Assembly: GCA_963776275.1 (NCBI GenBank)
Contig: CAVZMI010000015.1
Location: 96,001-160,000, forward strand
Source of the DNA: Ignavibacteriota bacterium
GTDB lineage: Bacteria; Bacteroidota; Ignavibacteria; UBA10030; CAVZMI01
DNA: 64,000 nt
Reading direction: 5' to 3'
The translations under genes and the position numbers were made by a program. Each line of letters begins with the position of its first letter. Position 1 is the stretch's first letter. Below are positions 61,924 through 64,000 of the stretch, piece by piece. The notes below the pieces were generated by a model. The model ran no database searches. It had not been told where the DNA came from and saw only the letters and a program-made list of their open reading frames with translations.

Positions 61924-64000
61924 TTGAAAAAGTTAATATTGGTATTACTATTTTTACATCCATTGAAATTATGTGCCGTTCTTCCAGTTGATAATGCTGA
62001 GACTGGTACTAATACAAATACTCTGGGAGGTGCATGGATAACATTCAATGATGAATTCTCTTCGACAGTTTTTACTCCGAATGTATCCCCGGGTTATACA
62101 GGAACGTACTGCAGATTATTTGAATGGATGTTTAATGCAGGTAGTTCTGAGACCTTTTGCCGGAGCTTCAACAGGCCTGAATTCCAACTGGACTGGAGTT
62201 GATTTAAGCCAATATTTCGGTGTGAGGTTTTATGCAAGGGGAAACGGCAGATACGACATTAGTCTTGCCACAAACCAGACTCGTGCTGATAATAACCACT
62301 ATGTTAAAGCAATTAATTTAACTTCTGAGTGGAAGTTATATGAACTTCCATTTTCGCAATTTGCTCAAACATGGGGGCCACCAAAACCTTGGGATTCTTC
62401 AACCGTTTTTGCAGTCGGATTTAACGCAGTTGCTTCCTATGGTATGAGCGGACAAATATGGATAGACGATATTGAATTTTATCTTGCATCGGAAGCTCAT
62501 CAAATTACTGACCCAAATGTTATTATTCTAGAACCAAAGGTGAACCAGTTAGGATACTTGCCTGGTGAAAAAAAATATTTTTGTATCGTATCGGATATTG
62601 CTTCAGTCGGGGATACATTTCATATCCTCAATTCTTCTAATGATACTGTCTTAACCGGGACAATATCCGGTACACCAATTAACGATACTGCCTCAACAGG
62701 GGAAAATGTTTGGAAGGTTGATTTTTCCAGTCTTAATATTTCTGAAAATTATATTATAAAAATGAACAATAGAGAAAGTTATCAATTTCAAATAGGAGAT
62801 AGCGTCTATAATAATCTCTTTAAGGATGCCTTGAGGTGTTTCTACCTTATTCGATGCGGGTTGGCTGAAAACGATCCTGTAACGGGAATTAATAGACCCG
62901 CATGTCATTTAAATGATGCAAAGATTAGAGCAGGTTCAGGCAGTATAGATGCTACTGGTGGATGGCACAACGCTTGTGATAAAGGAAAATTTGTCAACGA
63001 AACAGCAATCAGTATCGCCTATATGCTGTGGCTTTATGAATTAAGAGGAAACGTTTTAAAAGATCTTAATATCGATATTCCTGAATCCAGTAATGGAATT
63101 TCAGATCTCTTGAATGAGGCAAGATGGGGATTAACCTGGCTGCTTAAAATGCAGAAACCAGACGGGACAGTTTATCATAAAGTTGATAGCGAGCCTTATC
63201 TTTATTATTGTCCCGATCAGGCGCCGGATATGGATCCTTATGATAGTTACCGATTTGCTGAGTTCCAGAAAAGTGACGAACCACAAACACCTTCTACAAT
63301 TGATGCTGCTGATTTTACAGGAGTAATGTCTCAAGCTGCAAGAGTATTCAAAGATATAGATAGCTCTTTTGCAGCAGTATGTCTTAATGCTGCCCAAAAA
63401 TCATGGACATGGGTTAGTAGTAATACAAATATTGGACAGAGCGATCCTTATTATGTCGACCCGGTACCATGGCAGGAATATTTATGGGCTAAAGGTGAAA
63501 TGGCAAGAACTTTAAACAGCGGTGTTTTACGTTCGGAATTTAGTGCTGATATAGATACAGTATCGCTTACATCCGGAGGGTGGGGAGAGCCGCAGCTTTT
63601 TGGTTATCTGGCGCTTTATCATGACAGCAATACAGATGCTGCACTTAAAGATAAAATAAGATCCAAATTTGTTTCTTTGTGTAATTCAATTGTAACGATA
63701 TCGGAGAACAGCGGTTATGGCGTAGCTCTCCAGTCGTGGGAGTATTGGTGGGAATCGAACGAGAATATTATGAATAAAGGTAACTTACTCCTATTCGGTT
63801 ACAATATGACAGGTAATAGTGTCTACAAGGATGCAGCTCTCAGGCAATTAAACTATATACTCGGTCTAAACAGCTTGAATAAATCTTTTGTTATGTGCCA
63901 TGGAAGCAATCCGATGATGCATCCGTTTCATTGGATTTATAATGTTTATGGAAAATCTATACCGGGATGGACTGCAGGGGGTGCGAACAGTTATGGAGGC
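61924..64000 (+). CDS. Secreted glycoside hydrolase family 9 with N-terminal CBM11/CIA30-like and Ig-like domains (partial; frameshift near 62157)
   Basis: TTG start after AAAGGA; after the shift the frame reads GVRFYARG, IWIDDIEF, VNQLGYLP, DATGGWHNACDKGK, DLLNEARWGL.WLLKMQ, QLNYILGLN, MHPFH. Confidence 0.85.

Overview
64 kb of bacterial chromosome, most likely an FCB-group organism (Ignavibacteriota/Bacteroidota-like, inferred from the T9SS sortase PorU and gene content). 1-28 kb is mostly minus-strand housekeeping and accessory genes: lemA with two htpX paralogues, a plant-type hydroxypyruvate reductase, glgP, two PP2C phosphatases, metA, obgE and a large TPR protein. 28-51 kb is plus-strand envelope and metal loci: alpha-2-macroglobulin-pbpC-lipocalin, a CusCBA-type efflux operon with a Cys-rich secreted protein, an orphan ccmF, and porU. 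51-60 kb is an integration hotspot at tRNA-Met(CAU). The most striking signal is a second, promoter-bearing full-length tRNA-Met copy (59404-59687) split into six pieces by five short hairpin insertions. A distal att-like copy of the tRNA 3' end (53691-53835) carries related hairpin inserts at the same two T-arm positions. Further 3'-end cores (51440, 52588, 53935) delimit an array of small cargo modules, with no integrase in the window. About a dozen genes have single-base frameshifts, mostly at homopolymers, which look like long-read assembly errors. All calls come from visual motif recognition; no searches were run.
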